This document shows, one piece after another, positions 47,884-58,045 of a stretch of DNA of 64,000 nt (positions are counted from its first letter, which is position 1; every line of letters begins with the position of its first letter). The notes below the pieces were generated by a model. That model had not been told where the DNA came from, searched no databases, and was given only the letters and a program-made list of their open reading frames with translations. The position numbers were made by a program, and so were the translations under genes. Source of the stretch: a virus; the IMG/VR virus record IMGVR_UViG_3300020048_000023, positions 32,001-96,000 of that record; one strand, given 5' to 3'.

Positions 47884-47984
47884 GAAAATGGCGCCTACGG
47901 GCGCCATTTTTTTTTATAAATATTTATCATTTTGCATATACATTGCAAATAAAATTACTATTTATGGGTGTAACAAATTAGATA

Positions 47985-49019
47985 ATGAAAGTTTTATTTT
48001 TGCTCAAGGATAGAGCGTATAACACCAACCAATCCAAGTCTTATGGCTTGAGTAATTCTGCTTGGCAGGTAGCAGAATATTTAATGACTCTCGGGTACGA
48101 ATGTGAATTAGTTTCAGTAATAGACGCTAATGCCATTGATAGAGAGCTGTTTAGGTATAAACCAGATGTTGCTATTATAGAAGCATTATGGGTTATGCCA
48201 GCTAAACTAAATGAGCTTATGGAAATTCCGCGCTATGCCAATATTCAGTGGATCGTTAGAATACATAGTGATATTGGTTTTTTAAGTGCGGAAACTATGG
48301 CGTCTAAAATAGTGAACGGCTACATCGAACTCGGTAAACAAAACCTGTATATCAGCACCAATCATGAAGACTTTAATAAGTACTACGGCGAAGCGCTGAG
48401 GTATGACTTTGTTTGTCTTCCAAACATCATCACCATTAAGAACGAAACCCCGCCTCACAAGGTAAACAGGGAGCGCATCGACATTGCCTGCTTTGGGGCA
48501 TTACGAACAATGAAGAATCAGGCATTCCAAGCTCTTTGCGCTATTCACGCTGCAAATAAAATGGAGAAGCATTTATACTTCCACGTTACAAACAACGCAG
48601 ATATGAGCGCACCTAACGCTAAACCAAACCCAGTATTGAGTAATTTGGAACAGATATTCAAGTATAGTGGTCACGACTTGGTTGTACACGATTGGATGAC
48701 TCATGATAAATTTGAAGAGCTTATTACCGAAATGGACTTAGGGCTGCAACTCAGTTTCAGCGAGAGCTTCAATATTGTTACAGCGGACTTTGTTAATATG
48801 GGTATACCGATTATTGTAAGTCCAGCTATTTCATGGATGTCTAGCATATACATGTCATCTACAACCAATTATGATAGGGTTACACGCGACATTATATTAT
48901 TTTATAAATTAAGAAATTGGGACTTCTTACGCAACCCAGCACGCGGGTCGTTACGAAAATACAATCGTAATTCCGAGAAACTCTGGAAACATTTTATGAA
49001 ATACATTGAAAAGGAATAA
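47985..49019 (+). CDS. GT-B glycosyltransferase-like protein
   Basis: FGALRTMKN..MDLGLQLSFSESFNIVTAD..GIP. Confidence 0.8.
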   Translation: MKVLFLLKDRAYNTNQSKSYGLSNSAWQVAEYLMTLGYECELVSVIDANAIDRELFRYKPDVAIIEALWVMPAKLNELMEIPRYANIQWIVRIHSDIGFLSAETMASKIVNGYIELGKQNLYISTNHEDFNKYYGEALRYDFVCLPNIITIKNETPPHKVNRERIDIACFGALRTMKNQAFQALCAIHAANKMEKHLYFHVTNNADMSAPNAKPNPVLSNLEQIFKYSGHDLVVHDWMTHDKFEELITEMDLGLQLSFSESFNIVTADFVNMGIPIIVSPAISWMSSIYMSSTTNYDRVTRDIILFYKLRNWDFLRNPARGSLRKYNRNSEKLWKHFMKYIEKE

Positions 49020-49105
49020 AGAAAAGCGCCGCGTGGCGCTTTTTTTTTTGACTTATTTGGAAGTGTCATTTTTTATGTGTACATTTGCGGTCTAAAATTA
49101 AAACT

Positions 49106-49639
49106 ATGAGAATTGATATTAACACTATTCCTAAATGGGGTATTGCGAAAAAAGTCAAAGGCATAAAAGCGAAGCCGCTTATTAATCTACTTGTAGATAA
49201 AACCGTTACCAGCAAATTTCTTGTTGACACACTGGAAGGTAAGGAGCCCCTTGCCGATGGTGTGGTTATTTGCATTGGTGAAGCCAACGACGCTTGGCAA
49301 CAGATGCCCAGTAAGCTTATTGCTAAATATGATATCGTTGATATCGACAAAGACGGCTGGATGATATGTACCCCTAAACAGGACGCTAACAGCTCGGTTA
49401 ATTGCTTTGAAATAACTGATGAATTTACCGACTCATTATTAAACCCAAACATTCATCCCAATCGTCAACAGGACGGAAATTACTATATCATTGGTCAGTA
49501 TGGTGAACCGCACGACGACGGGTTAAGACAAAACTGCGTCGTTGGTGACTTTATTTGCCAGAACAGAATCGATACGTCCGATGTATGGATTGTTCGCAGA
49601 AAATTATTCATTAACACTTACGCTCTAATAGGAGAATAA
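49106..49639 (+). CDS. PGDYG-like protein (two similar halves)
   Basis: TLEGKE..D..ICIG and GDFI..DVWIV..F.NTY. Confidence 0.5.
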   Translation: MRIDINTIPKWGIAKKVKGIKAKPLINLLVDKTVTSKFLVDTLEGKEPLADGVVICIGEANDAWQQMPSKLIAKYDIVDIDKDGWMICTPKQDANSSVNCFEITDEFTDSLLNPNIHPNRQQDGNYYIIGQYGEPHDDGLRQNCVVGDFICQNRIDTSDVWIVRRKLFINTYALIGE

Positions 49640-49640
49640 T

Positions 49641-50516
49641 ATGGTAACCATAAACTTAGACCCAACATTCGACCCTTTCTGCTACGTATCTTCGGGCAAC
49701 TGCGGCACAAAAATTTTCAACTTTTCCAGTGGCTTTGAGCCGCACATCAAACTTCTTAATAAACTTGATAAAGCCGACGTATTGATCGTTAGCCGATTTA
49801 AAGACGGCAACGACCTTATGCTTATTCTTCTGGCTGCTGATGCCGCACGTCGCGCTGGGGCTTTCTCTGTGAGCTTATTTATACCGTTCCTACCGTTTGC
49901 ACGTCAGGACAGGGTAATGGTTGATGGCGAGCCAATGTCTATCGGTGTATTTGCTCAAATCATAAATCTACAGGGATTTAAAAAAGTTATACTGTTTGAC
50001 CCGCATTCCGACGTAGCACCAGCCCTTATTAATAATTCGCACGTTATCACAAATTACTCATTTGTTGGTGATCTTCTGGCAGGAAAAAGGGATTACCGCC
50101 TTGTGTCACCCGACGCTGGCGCATACAAAAAGATATTCCGCCTTGCTGCACACTTAGGAAAACGTATGGGCGGTCAGAACGAAATCGTAATCTGTGATAA
50201 AGTTCGTGATTTGGCAACAGGTAAAATCCTGAATACTACCGTGAACGTTGACGACCTTAAAGGTCAGGACGTATACATAGTTGATGATATTCTGGACGGC
50301 GGCAGAACCTTCATAGCTATGGCTGAGGAACTTGACACCCGCAACGCTGGCGATAAGTACTTGATCGTATCACACTACATTGGCTCAAACGGCGAAGATG
50401 AATTGAAGAAATACTTCAAGCATATTTACACCACCAACTCTGTAAAAGACGTTAAGTCTGACTTCGTTATACAGACCCAAATGGTCGACATATTAACCGA
50501 CTGCTCAATCTTTTAA
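49641..50516 (+). CDS. PRPP-synthetase-like protein (putative ADPR-PP synthetase, NARP1 Adps-like)
   Basis: PFLPFARQDR, DPHS, SPDAGA, IVDDILDGGRTF. Confidence 0.88.
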   Translation: MVTINLDPTFDPFCYVSSGNCGTKIFNFSSGFEPHIKLLNKLDKADVLIVSRFKDGNDLMLILLAADAARRAGAFSVSLFIPFLPFARQDRVMVDGEPMSIGVFAQIINLQGFKKVILFDPHSDVAPALINNSHVITNYSFVGDLLAGKRDYRLVSPDAGAYKKIFRLAAHLGKRMGGQNEIVICDKVRDLATGKILNTTVNVDDLKGQDVYIVDDILDGGRTFIAMAEELDTRNAGDKYLIVSHYIGSNGEDELKKYFKHIYTTNSVKDVKSDFVIQTQMVDILTDCSIF

Positions 50517-50536
50517 TAAACTCAAAAACTTATATT

Positions 50537-52057
50537 ATGCACGCAATTGGTTTAATTTACAACGTAACCCACCCCAATTTCGACCCTTCGGTGTTTATGA
50601 GTACAACGGAAGAAAACCCGCTGTTAGCTCTGGACGTTTATAAAATGGGTCATATGGTGCAATACGCACCTGGAACCACCAAAGTCTATTCCTACCTTAC
50701 AACCCGTAGTGACAAGACGTTCGATAAAACCGTATTCTTCGGAACTGGTTATTATCTAAAACGCTACTTTTCCAAAAAGTTGGAGCCTTGGATGGCAGAG
50801 GAATTTATCTACCACGTACAGAACATTCTTGGTTCCTGTTCGACTGAGGTAGCGCTTAAAGCTCGCGCGTTATGCCAGCTTGGTTACATTCCGTTGGAAA
50901 TGAAAGCCGTTGAAGAAGGTACCGTAATGGGTATCCACAACGTATTAATGACAATCACCAACACACATCCCGATTTTGCTTGGGCTGTTGGTTTCTGGGA
51001 AAGCCTTTTTATCAAACTGTGGTATCCGATCACCGTTGCTTCCTGCTCGTACAAGTACAGGAAACTGGTTGACCGTTATTTCGACTTGACCGTTGACCCT
51101 GAAATGTACTTCCTGAAAGATTGGACTGTACACGATTTCGGCTACCGTGGCGACCAGTCGGAAGAAGGCGCTGCACTTAGCGGTGTATGCCACCTTATTT
51201 CATTCCTTGGTAGTGATACTGTGCCAGCGTTCAACTGCGCCCGTAAGTACTACAACGCCAATCCAAAACGCGACGCTATTATGGGTTCAGTACCAGCTTC
51301 GGAGCACAGTGTTATGTGTTCGTTCGGCAGGGACAACGAATTAGCCGCCTTTGAGAATATGCTTGAACTGTATCCTACTGGCATCGTCAGTATTGTATCA
51401 GATACGTTCAACGTATACACCGTTCTCACGGACTTCGCAGTACGTCTGAAATCACAGATACTTGCCCGATCGGGTAAAGTGGTATTCCGCCCTGACAGTG
51501 GTGATCCTGAGTATATTATATGCGGCGACCCTAACGCGCCAGAAGGAACACCAGAATGGAAGGGTGCTATACGCTTAGATCGGAAGCTGGATGAAGTTTT
51601 CGGTTCAACCGTAAACAGCAAAGGGTACAAAGTACTCAATCCGAAAGTAGGGTTGATCTACGGTGATGGTATGTACTACGAAAGGTACGAGCGCACCTTG
51701 AAACGCCTTATGGAAATGGGTTATGCCACAACCAACTTGGTAATCGGTGTAGGTGGTATTCTTCGCAACTGGACACGTGATACGCTCGGGTTTGCCGTAA
51801 AAGCTACCTACGTTGAAGTTGGCGGCTCTCCACGTGCTATCGAAAAAGACCCTATTACCGACCACAAAAAGAAATCGCACAAAGGTCTGCTATCCCTAAC
51901 TTGGGACGACGAGCATAAATACGTCACACACGACGAATGCACGCCCGAGGAAGAAGATAACACGATGTTGAAGGTTATCTACAGGGACGGCGTGGTTCTT
52001 AAAACATACGCTCTGGACGAAATTCGCAAACGTGCACGTTACGAAAAGGTATTTTAA
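50537..52057 (+). CDS. NAMPT-like protein (putative nicotinamide ADPR-transferase, NARP1 Namat-like)
   Basis: DVYKMGH, HDFGYRG, SVPASEHS, SIVSDT, VFRPDSGDP, IYGDG, KDPITD. Confidence 0.92.
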   Translation: MHAIGLIYNVTHPNFDPSVFMSTTEENPLLALDVYKMGHMVQYAPGTTKVYSYLTTRSDKTFDKTVFFGTGYYLKRYFSKKLEPWMAEEFIYHVQNILGSCSTEVALKARALCQLGYIPLEMKAVEEGTVMGIHNVLMTITNTHPDFAWAVGFWESLFIKLWYPITVASCSYKYRKLVDRYFDLTVDPEMYFLKDWTVHDFGYRGDQSEEGAALSGVCHLISFLGSDTVPAFNCARKYYNANPKRDAIMGSVPASEHSVMCSFGRDNELAAFENMLELYPTGIVSIVSDTFNVYTVLTDFAVRLKSQILARSGKVVFRPDSGDPEYIICGDPNAPEGTPEWKGAIRLDRKLDEVFGSTVNSKGYKVLNPKVGLIYGDGMYYERYERTLKRLMEMGYATTNLVIGVGGILRNWTRDTLGFAVKATYVEVGGSPRAIEKDPITDHKKKSHKGLLSLTWDDEHKYVTHDECTPEEEDNTMLKVIYRDGVVLKTYALDEIRKRARYEKVF

Positions 52058-52058
52058 T

Positions 52059-53423
52059 ATGAATTTACGTGTATTAATATATATGAACCCCTTGGTGGTC
52101 GATAAGATCGCCAAGAGGTTTATTTATGATAAGGATAGCGGGTTTATCTTTACCCGAAACACCATAGCCAGCCTACCAGCTGATTGGTCGTACACCATAT
52201 TGGTGCCACCAGACGTACCGCGTGATTTCTTTCCCGCTGACAGGGAAGTTAGGCTGTTGCCGTATAACTATTCCACGTCAATACACCAGAACCGCTACCA
52301 CTTTAACCGCGAAATGCTGGCTAAGTATAGCCCTTATGGGATTGACTACGATGTAATCATTTGCAACCAGCCCGAAATAGCCGCAAATTTGCGGGTATTC
52401 TATTTCAATCAGCGCAGGGAAAAACCAATCATTCTTAATTTTTTCCATTGGATTGACTGTGAAGAGTCCAGAAAGTACGGCGCTGATTTAGGTGGGTACA
52501 TCTGGCGACAGATCGATGGAGCTATAAACTCTGATATGAATTACTTTCATACGCCGTATGCTAAGTCATTATTTGATAAAGAACTGGCTCGTTTAGGCGT
52601 AAGCGTCAAATACGACGCTGATTACTTCTACTCAAAGCCTACCATATTCGGCGATGAACCTATGGAGCTTCCGAACAAAAAGATAATTCTGTTCAACCAT
52701 AGAAACAACGAAACAACGGGCTGGAAGGAAGTACTGCAAGCTGGCGCCGAGCTTAGAAATCTTCGTGACGATTTCGTTATATGGTTTACCGATGATCAGA
52801 AAATTGAGTTAAACAATACACTCAATTCCCTTGACTATGTAAAGGTCGAAAAGATTCCATTTAAAAACTATGGATATGTAATGCGTAATGCGTACTTTTC
52901 TGTTTGTAATTTGAGCGGATATGCCACTTGGAACCTATCGGTACTTGATAGCGCTGTTAATGGTTGTCCCGTTCTCATAAGGAATACCGAGCTATTGCAA
53001 AGCCTATTTGAGAATGGTACGTATTCGTTCGAAAACTCTAAGGACTTGGCTGACAAAATGGATTGGATGCTTAGAAATGCTGTTATTACACTTACACGAA
53101 CGCCAAAAGTGACGTCAACTGTGTCTATCGAAGATACCATTATGAGGCTTGTCAGCGAACGTCTGGATGGTAAGATACCAAGCAAATACTATGATGTAAA
53201 AAAGTTCATACAAAACCGTGATTCATTTCCAGATAAGACAACTAAATTTGGTACTGAGTTAACTATGAAGGATAGTAATGTCGTGTATAAAAAGGACTGG
53301 GTTAACTATTTCTGGTCGTTCCATGCCAATGCAAATTTCTCGAAAATACGGCTACGTCTATTAACCGATGGTATAAAAGATGATATTACAAGTGTTGATA
53401 CAAAGTACATTTATGAAAGATAA
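52059..53423 (+). CDS. Glycosyltransferase-like protein (possibly DNA-modifying)
   Basis: GT-B-like ILFNHR..W..SVLDS..GCPV. Confidence 0.6.
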   Translation: MNLRVLIYMNPLVVDKIAKRFIYDKDSGFIFTRNTIASLPADWSYTILVPPDVPRDFFPADREVRLLPYNYSTSIHQNRYHFNREMLAKYSPYGIDYDVIICNQPEIAANLRVFYFNQRREKPIILNFFHWIDCEESRKYGADLGGYIWRQIDGAINSDMNYFHTPYAKSLFDKELARLGVSVKYDADYFYSKPTIFGDEPMELPNKKIILFNHRNNETTGWKEVLQAGAELRNLRDDFVIWFTDDQKIELNNTLNSLDYVKVEKIPFKNYGYVMRNAYFSVCNLSGYATWNLSVLDSAVNGCPVLIRNTELLQSLFENGTYSFENSKDLADKMDWMLRNAVITLTRTPKVTSTVSIEDTIMRLVSERLDGKIPSKYYDVKKFIQNRDSFPDKTTKFGTELTMKDSNVVYKKDWVNYFWSFHANANFSKIRLRLLTDGIKDDITSVDTKYIYER

Positions 53424-53614
53424 AAAAACGATTATATACGGGCTCATGCTTTTAATTGTACTCTGTTTCTTTATGTGGCTTTCTAACAGGGACTATAAAC
53501 TTGTATATAAAGGCAATGGGGTTTACGAAAGAATTAAATAATTTTAACAAAAATTTGGTAGTATCAAAAATTAGTTGTACATTTGCTGAGAAAATTAATA
53601 ACACATAAAATATT

Positions 53615-54361
53615 ATGGCAACATCAAACGAAAAATCGGTGAGGGGTTTCTTTAAAAATAACCCATTTTTCTCTGTCGAGGAAAAGCCCGAAACTACAAC
53701 GGCACCATCGGAGCCTGTTCAACCGTTACAGCCTTTCCAAACAAGCACTATGACAGTGCCTAATAATACAACCTTTCCTATGCCACCGCCAGTACAAGTT
53801 CCTGATCTGGGCACCGATTTTGAGAAAGAGTATCTTGACCATTTTATGAAATTTTTAGAAAGTAAAAATTTTGTTGGTCTTGACTACTTCGAGTTTGCCA
53901 ATACATTACATAAAATGTACGAAAAATCTGGTTCACAATTAACAGAATCAGGTCTTTATGAACTTGCATTTGTTTCATTTGAAGCACAGGGTGTAACGTC
54001 AAGCGCACTTATTAAAACAGCGCAACAGTACGTTGATTTAATTACCGTTCATAAACAGGAATTTGATAAATTCTTATCAAATGAGGGTTCCAAGTTACTA
54101 CAGGAAAAACAAGAAGAAAATACACGCCTTGAAAAGGGTAATTCAGAGGCAACGCTTAAAATAGCACAGCTTCAACAACAAATAGTTGATATACAAGCAA
54201 GTGTTGGTACCAATACTGTGACTATTAACACGAATTTGCAAATAATTCAAGGTGAGTCGCAAAAAAACCTGAATAAAAAATCAAAATTTGATAACGCTTT
54301 TCAGGTTGTGATTGGTAAAATCAATGGCGATATCCAAAAAATTCAATCTTACATAAAATAA
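53615..54361 (+). CDS. Coiled-coil protein, first gene of the ABC operon
   Basis: GLDYFEF motif; coiled-coil C-terminus; promoter at 53554. Confidence 0.7.
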   Translation: MATSNEKSVRGFFKNNPFFSVEEKPETTTAPSEPVQPLQPFQTSTMTVPNNTTFPMPPPVQVPDLGTDFEKEYLDHFMKFLESKNFVGLDYFEFANTLHKMYEKSGSQLTESGLYELAFVSFEAQGVTSSALIKTAQQYVDLITVHKQEFDKFLSNEGSKLLQEKQEENTRLEKGNSEATLKIAQLQQQIVDIQASVGTNTVTINTNLQIIQGESQKNLNKKSKFDNAFQVVIGKINGDIQKIQSYIK

Positions 54362-54392
54362 TTACTAATCATTAACTTAACAATAAACAAAA

Positions 54393-55472
54393 ATGGACAA
54401 CTTAATTCCTACAACACAATCAAAAGGCAAGCTGCAAGGCGGTGAGAAATACTTCGGTTATTTCGTGGGCGCTGCGGCAATCGGTGCATTACTTTATGCA
54501 ATGTATTTTTTATTCCCAGTTATAACCGCGGCTATCACTAATACCACCGATATGATTTGGGCTGCGGTTAAGCTCGCGGCAACAGTGGTTATCACTATTG
54601 GCACGGTTGTACTTATTTGGAAAAATAGAAATATGGTATCATACTGGTATAATATTTTTATTAAATTGGCGTGGAAAGCTATGATAGACGCTAATCCGAT
54701 CGCAGGTATGAGATATGCCTACGATAAGTGGTTGGAACAAAAAGAAGAACTTAACGTAACCATTACAACGTTGGAGTCTAAAAAAGCTCTACTTAAACAA
54801 AAAATGGAGAAACGCCGCAACGAAGCGAATAGTTATTTTGAAGCTGGTCTAAAAGCCAAGGAATTAGCCGAAAGTTCAGAAGGTGTAGATGCCGAAGACC
54901 TGAATGAAAAAGCAAATTCGAATGCTATTATGGCTCAACGCCGCAAAGAATCCCTTGACATATTCCTGCCACGTATACAAATGATCGAATCAGCCTTGGA
55001 TTTTTCCAAAAAACTTCATAAATCGTGGACAAATGGATTGGCTTTACTGAAGGACGATATCGATATCAAAGAAGACGATCTCAGTGTATTGAAAAGTATC
55101 GCTGGGGCGTTTGAAACAGCCAGATCAATTGTTAGTGGTAACACGAACGAGAGGGCTATATACGAAGAAGCTATTGTCGCATACGGAAAACAGGTTAGCG
55201 ATTACGTTGGTAAATGCAAAAGGTTTACCGAAATGGCAAAGGATTACGCAGTAAATATTGACGTTCAAAATGCTATGGACGCAGATAAGGGTCAGAAATA
55301 CTTGGAAGTATACGACGCTAAATCATTCTCCGAGCTAACAAACTTTAACAAGGTTCTGGACGCTTCACCAAGTCGTAAAAAACTAACAATGGCGCAGTCT
55401 ACAAATAAGCTGTCAAACGCGTTGGACACCCCTGCAACTCAGTCTTATACTGATTTTACCGCATTACCGTAA
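54393..55472 (+). CDS. Membrane-anchored coiled-coil protein
   Basis: Two N-terminal TM segments followed by a long coiled coil. Confidence 0.7.
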   Translation: MDNLIPTTQSKGKLQGGEKYFGYFVGAAAIGALLYAMYFLFPVITAAITNTTDMIWAAVKLAATVVITIGTVVLIWKNRNMVSYWYNIFIKLAWKAMIDANPIAGMRYAYDKWLEQKEELNVTITTLESKKALLKQKMEKRRNEANSYFEAGLKAKELAESSEGVDAEDLNEKANSNAIMAQRRKESLDIFLPRIQMIESALDFSKKLHKSWTNGLALLKDDIDIKEDDLSVLKSIAGAFETARSIVSGNTNERAIYEEAIVAYGKQVSDYVGKCKRFTEMAKDYAVNIDVQNAMDADKGQKYLEVYDAKSFSELTNFNKVLDASPSRKKLTMAQSTNKLSNALDTPATQSYTDFTALP

Positions 55473-55561
55473 AATAATTTTGGTAGATTCAAAAACTTGT
55501 TGTATATTTGCATCACTTTAAAAAAACACATTACTAACATTAACCTTAACACACAAACATT

Positions 55562-57124
55562 ATGACAATCAAAGGAATTACAATCAAATGGCCAGTCTGG
55601 ATACTTTTACTTATCCTTGTAGGCATCGGAACTTACTTAGTAGCACCTAAGGTGCTCGGTAAAATGGGGTTCAGCAATGAAGTCCGCAAAGTAGCGATCA
55701 ACCCTTGGAGCCCCTATGGAGCTGAATTACGTCTTAACAACGGTATGGCTTACGACCCTGAAAGCAGAAACGCTAAAGAATTCGGGTTAAAAGTGGAATT
55801 TAAACGATTTGACGATCGTGCTCCTGCAATTTCTGCACTTATATCGAAAGATATTGACGCCGCTTGGGTTACAGTGGATATTATGTCAACAGAAGTATTC
55901 GAAGGTAGCGATCTTGCCAGTTTAGGGATTAGTTTAATCGGGTTTACCGATATATCAAGAGGCGCCGACGTTGTTGTAGTAGACAGGACTATTAAAAATG
56001 TACAGGATTTTAGGGGTAAAAAGGTAGCATATACCGACGCTTCCGCTTCGCTAACATTATTACTTAATCTTTTGGAATCAGCTAAAATGACTCTTGACGA
56101 TATTGTACCAGTTCGAGTCGCCAGTGGTATCAAAGCCGCCGAAATGTTTCAGAACCGCGAAGTACCTATAGCCGTTGTTTGGTCACCTGACGACGGTGAT
56201 TGTATAGCAAAAATAGAGGGCTCTTATAAATTTTTCGGTACAGATAAAGCACGAAATATTATTATGGACGGTCTAATTGTTCGTAAAGCTGATTTGGAAG
56301 ATAAAGCTTTCAGAACGTGGGCAACTAAACTTATGACTTCTTGGCTTGTTGGTAATGCCGAATGTAATCAGAGCGAAACAGCTAAAAAAGAAGCCGCCGT
56401 CATTTTCGATAAGTGCTTCACTGGTTATGGCGTTGAGATCGCAATGGCTGGTTTAAATGGAGTTAGGCTTACCACATATGAAGATAATAAAAACCTATTT
56501 GGGTTAAATGTATCGTTCACTGGTGTTACTGGCGAAAAGCTATACAGCCGAATGGCTAACATTTATTCTAAAGTACCAGACGGTAAAGGCTCCGTTCTTG
56601 CTAAGAATCCGCTTTCTTGGAAGGAGATTTCAAACGAAAGTATCATAAAGGAAATTACCACATTAACAGGTGTAGAGCATTCAGCAGAACCTGATGTTGT
56701 TAAGTTTGACCCAATATCTCAATCGCAGGAAAAGGTGGTTTCAGAAGCCACACCCGTTACAGCCATTAAAGTTATAATTAATTTTGCCGTTGGCTCAGCT
56801 GAGTTGGATGATTATGCTAAGACCATTCTTGACCGTGATGTTATGCCGTATGCCGAAGGGTTTAGCGGGTATCGTATTAGGGTAGAAGGTAATAGTGACG
56901 CCAGTGGAAACCAAACTGAAAAGGGCGCCGCATACAATAAAAGGTTATCTTTACAAAGGGCTCAGTCTGTTGTTAATTATATGATAAAGACAGGCAATTT
57001 TGACCCTAATCGTTTTACGAAGCCTATTGGTTGGGGGTTTGATAAACCGATATACCCAATAGAAAACGGTGAAAGCGAAAGTTCCGCTAACCGTAGAACG
57101 GAGATAAGTTTTATCAACGAGTAA
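55562..57124 (+). CDS. ABC substrate-binding protein (SsuA/NMT1-like) fused to an OmpA-like peptidoglycan-binding domain
   Basis: SRGADVVV..I..VQDFRGKKVA; C-terminal INFAVGSAEL..RVEGNSD..N..LS..RA..V..NRRTEI. Confidence 0.88.
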   Translation: MTIKGITIKWPVWILLLILVGIGTYLVAPKVLGKMGFSNEVRKVAINPWSPYGAELRLNNGMAYDPESRNAKEFGLKVEFKRFDDRAPAISALISKDIDAAWVTVDIMSTEVFEGSDLASLGISLIGFTDISRGADVVVVDRTIKNVQDFRGKKVAYTDASASLTLLLNLLESAKMTLDDIVPVRVASGIKAAEMFQNREVPIAVVWSPDDGDCIAKIEGSYKFFGTDKARNIIMDGLIVRKADLEDKAFRTWATKLMTSWLVGNAECNQSETAKKEAAVIFDKCFTGYGVEIAMAGLNGVRLTTYEDNKNLFGLNVSFTGVTGEKLYSRMANIYSKVPDGKGSVLAKNPLSWKEISNESIIKEITTLTGVEHSAEPDVVKFDPISQSQEKVVSEATPVTAIKVIINFAVGSAELDDYAKTILDRDVMPYAEGFSGYRIRVEGNSDASGNQTEKGAAYNKRLSLQRAQSVVNYMIKTGNFDPNRFTKPIGWGFDKPIYPIENGESESSANRRTEISFINE

Positions 57125-57196
57125 TTAATATTGTAGGAAAATAAGAAAACGCTCGAAAGAGCGTTTTTTTTACTAACCATAAAACAAACAAATAAA

Positions 57197-58042
57197 ATGA
57201 TACAAACCAAAGGATTGTTTAAGTTCGAAGGTGACGTAAACGATAAAACAAAATGGCTTCTTGGTATTCTGGGGTGGGTAGGGTTGTTTCTATCGTGGTT
57301 ATTCATATCTTCGTCTGGCTTAATAAGTGACCGTATATTACCTTCACCATTAAAAGTAATAGCTTCCTACTGGGAGTTACTATTAGGTTCTGGGTACGAG
57401 TATAATGGCGTAAAAGACCTATTAATTCAGCTAACGGACAAAACCCATTTATTATTCCATATAGGTTTCTCAACTATGGTAAACGTGCTTGGATATTTAG
57501 AAGCCGCTGTAATAGCTATACCTTTAGGATTTTTAATTGCGTTATACCCCGCTCCGCGATACCTTTTCGAAAAAATACTTAACGCTATACGTTATTTACC
57601 TATCCCAGCGGCTATAGGCGTATTTATAGCAGCCTTTGGTATAGGTATAAGTGTAAAGGTTAACTTTTTAGCTGTTGGTATTTTGGTTTATCTTTTACCT
57701 GTCGTTGTTCAACGAGTGGTAGAAACTGAGAAAGTTCATAAGCAAACAATGAGTACACTTGGAGCGACGGCGTGGCAAAAAATGATTCACCTGTATATAC
57801 CCTCAGTTATGTCAAGAGTTTTTGTTGACATTATAGTTCTTGTGGCTATAGGGTGGACGTATATTTCAGTAATTGAAGTTGTCAATAACCAAGGTGGATT
57901 AGGCGGTATAGTTGCGGCAGCGGGGAGAGGAAGAAGTGATATCATATATGCCATACTTATGCTTATTATAGCTCTTGGCACATTACAAGATCGTTTACTT
58001 AAAAGGTGGGATAGAAGATTATTCAAATACAAATACGAATAA
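57197..58042 (+). CDS. ABC transporter permease (SsuC/TauC-like)
   Basis: ILPSP.KV, RYLP, TLGA, multiple TM segments. Confidence 0.9.
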   Translation: MIQTKGLFKFEGDVNDKTKWLLGILGWVGLFLSWLFISSSGLISDRILPSPLKVIASYWELLLGSGYEYNGVKDLLIQLTDKTHLLFHIGFSTMVNVLGYLEAAVIAIPLGFLIALYPAPRYLFEKILNAIRYLPIPAAIGVFIAAFGIGISVKVNFLAVGILVYLLPVVVQRVVETEKVHKQTMSTLGATAWQKMIHLYIPSVMSRVFVDIIVLVAIGWTYISVIEVVNNQGGLGGIVAAAGRGRSDIIYAILMLIIALGTLQDRLLKRWDRRLFKYKYE

Positions 58043-58045
58043 AAT

